Position numbers and translations under genes: made by a program. A stretch of DNA of 64,000 bases from Zootoca vivipara (Eukaryota), in contig NC_083276.1 of NCBI RefSeq assembly GCF_963506605.1, positions 111,166,001-111,230,000 on the forward strand, in the 5' to 3' direction. This document shows positions 62,312 to 64,000 of this stretch, in pieces (position 1 is the first letter of the stretch; every line of letters begins with the position of its first letter). Below the pieces are notes generated by a model, which saw only the letters and a program-made list of their open reading frames with translations, had not been told where the DNA came from and did not search any database.

Positions 62312-64000
62312 TATCTCCTTCCCAAAGCCCAGGAAGCTTCTGCACGACTCAGGGAGGGAGGCATGACGTTTCGACAGGGTACAAGAGCCCTCCTGCCACC
62401 TTCCCAAAGCCTACCCTCAGTTATCTTTAGTGGCATGTCCATGTTTCTGTTATACAGAATCCTCAACCCAGGGACTTTGCAGAGAACTCTTATTGGGACA
62501 AAGCTCGGGCTGCTTCCTCAGGGTGGAGGCAGGGATGAGACGATCAGTATCTTGTCCTGAGTATTCATGCAGATATAATTTATTAATATACTAATATGAT
62601 TAATTGACCAAGATTTCTTTTCTCAGCTGACATATTTTGGGAGCTTAGTGGAGGATTTAAAATCCTAATTGCACCGGCTATTCATAGGCTCCGATTACAT
62701 TTGTACTTGCAGATGCTTCCCGATTGTCCTTGTATTGGGGGGGGGGGAAGGCTCTGTGTACACAAGTAACTGATTGGTAGAAGAGAGAAGTGAGTTCCGT
62801 TTGCAGGGGTTTGGCCATATTTGGAAATGAAAGTCGGAGATGTAGCCATTGCCAAGTACAAAAATACCGCTGTGATTCAAAACTGCCTCTTCAGAGATGT
62901 GAGCTTGGCCAGGCTTCAAAAGGAACTTCACTGGTGGGGTGGATTACTTAAAAGAAAGAAGACTGAGTGGTGGGAAGAAAATCCTTCTTGCAATCTCTGG
63001 CTATGTGTGAAACCATCTCATTTCATAGAATTGTAGAGTTCGAAGGGACCCCAAGGGTTAATTAATCATAACGGGGTGAGGAACGTCAGACCCAGAGGCT
63101 CCATATGACCCCCCCCCCCCAGGCATCTATCTCTGGTCCTCAATACTCTCACTCTTTCACTTCTTCACATCCCTAGTGATTTTGCTATTTAAAACTAGGC
63201 TAAGGTAAAATTTGAATTCATTGCTCCACCCATTTTTCTCTCTGACTCCGCCTACCAGAAGGGAATAGGGTCCTCAGGTTGAAAAACAAGTTTCTTACTC
63301 CTATACATTATAGTCACACTTGAGAAATTACTAGATAATATTGTAAAGCACTTTGAATTTTTATAATGACATAGCAGTATGTAAATATGTTTATGAATGA
63401 ATGAATGAATGAATGAATGAATGGACATTGAGAGATTATGTTCTGGTTCAGATTCCACCCTGTCACCATGTGAATGATTTTGGGGAGTGTGTAAGAGAAC
63501 TGATGGAATCAGAATCTGACTAATCCTGGAAGGCGTCACCAATGTTCTGGCATCTCCACACAGCGTGTTTCATCATCACATTCAACAGCCTTGATCCGTG
63601 GGATCCCAGAGGTTTAAACGGGTGATCACATGTGTTGCAATAACACACAACCCAGCAGAGAAAAGGTGCTGGTGGGAAGCAATGGTGTTGCATTTCAACA
63701 AGTCTTTCCAAACCCATTCTAGGAAGCGTGGCTGGTAAGAAATGGCAGAGAGGAGCGTGCACTGAAGGACCTTTGCTCTAAAATACAAATAAAATGAGCA
63801 ATAAACACTTGGCCTCTTTGTAGAGTCAAGGTAAGCAACAGATACTACCTCCCTACAAGCACCACAATGCCAATTGATTTGGTTCTTTCTAGGATTCTAC
63901 CGACATGTTTGATGCAATGCATTATCCCCCCTGCCAAAGATTATTTGCAACCACAAGGAGCAGTGATTAAGTGCTTCCTTCTTGGCAGTGAGGGAGGGGA

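Overview
Vertebrate (squamate, probably lacertid lizard) non-coding-type DNA, with a 200-N gap at 2152-2351. The lineage call rests on Sauria SINEs, a Squam3/CORE SINE and Bov-B-type tails. No intact cellular gene is evident. The window is a mosaic of mobile elements: a 5'-truncated L1 with a 17-bp TSD and a dead RT motif, L2/CR1 fragments, many hAT and Tc1/mariner MITEs with clean TSDs, solo LTRs, a Penelope-type foldback insertion and DIRS/Ngaro-like relics. These are separated by unique blocks that look like conserved non-coding elements. Five items stand out. (1) A complete 2.25-kb poly(A)/TSD retro-insertion at 5344-7598 (-) has a CpG-rich head and one unfamiliar 148-aa ORF but no RT (HAL1-like element or retrocopy). 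(2) A decayed multi-exon gene on the - strand at ~38.7-47.3 kb tentatively resembles CIROZ/C1orf127; this comes from recalled sequence only and is untested. (3) The Penelope insertion contains a minimal hammerhead ribozyme. (4) A solo-LTR family shows peptide-level conservation across its U3 region. (5) DIRS-like elements carry apparently co-varying long-range stems.
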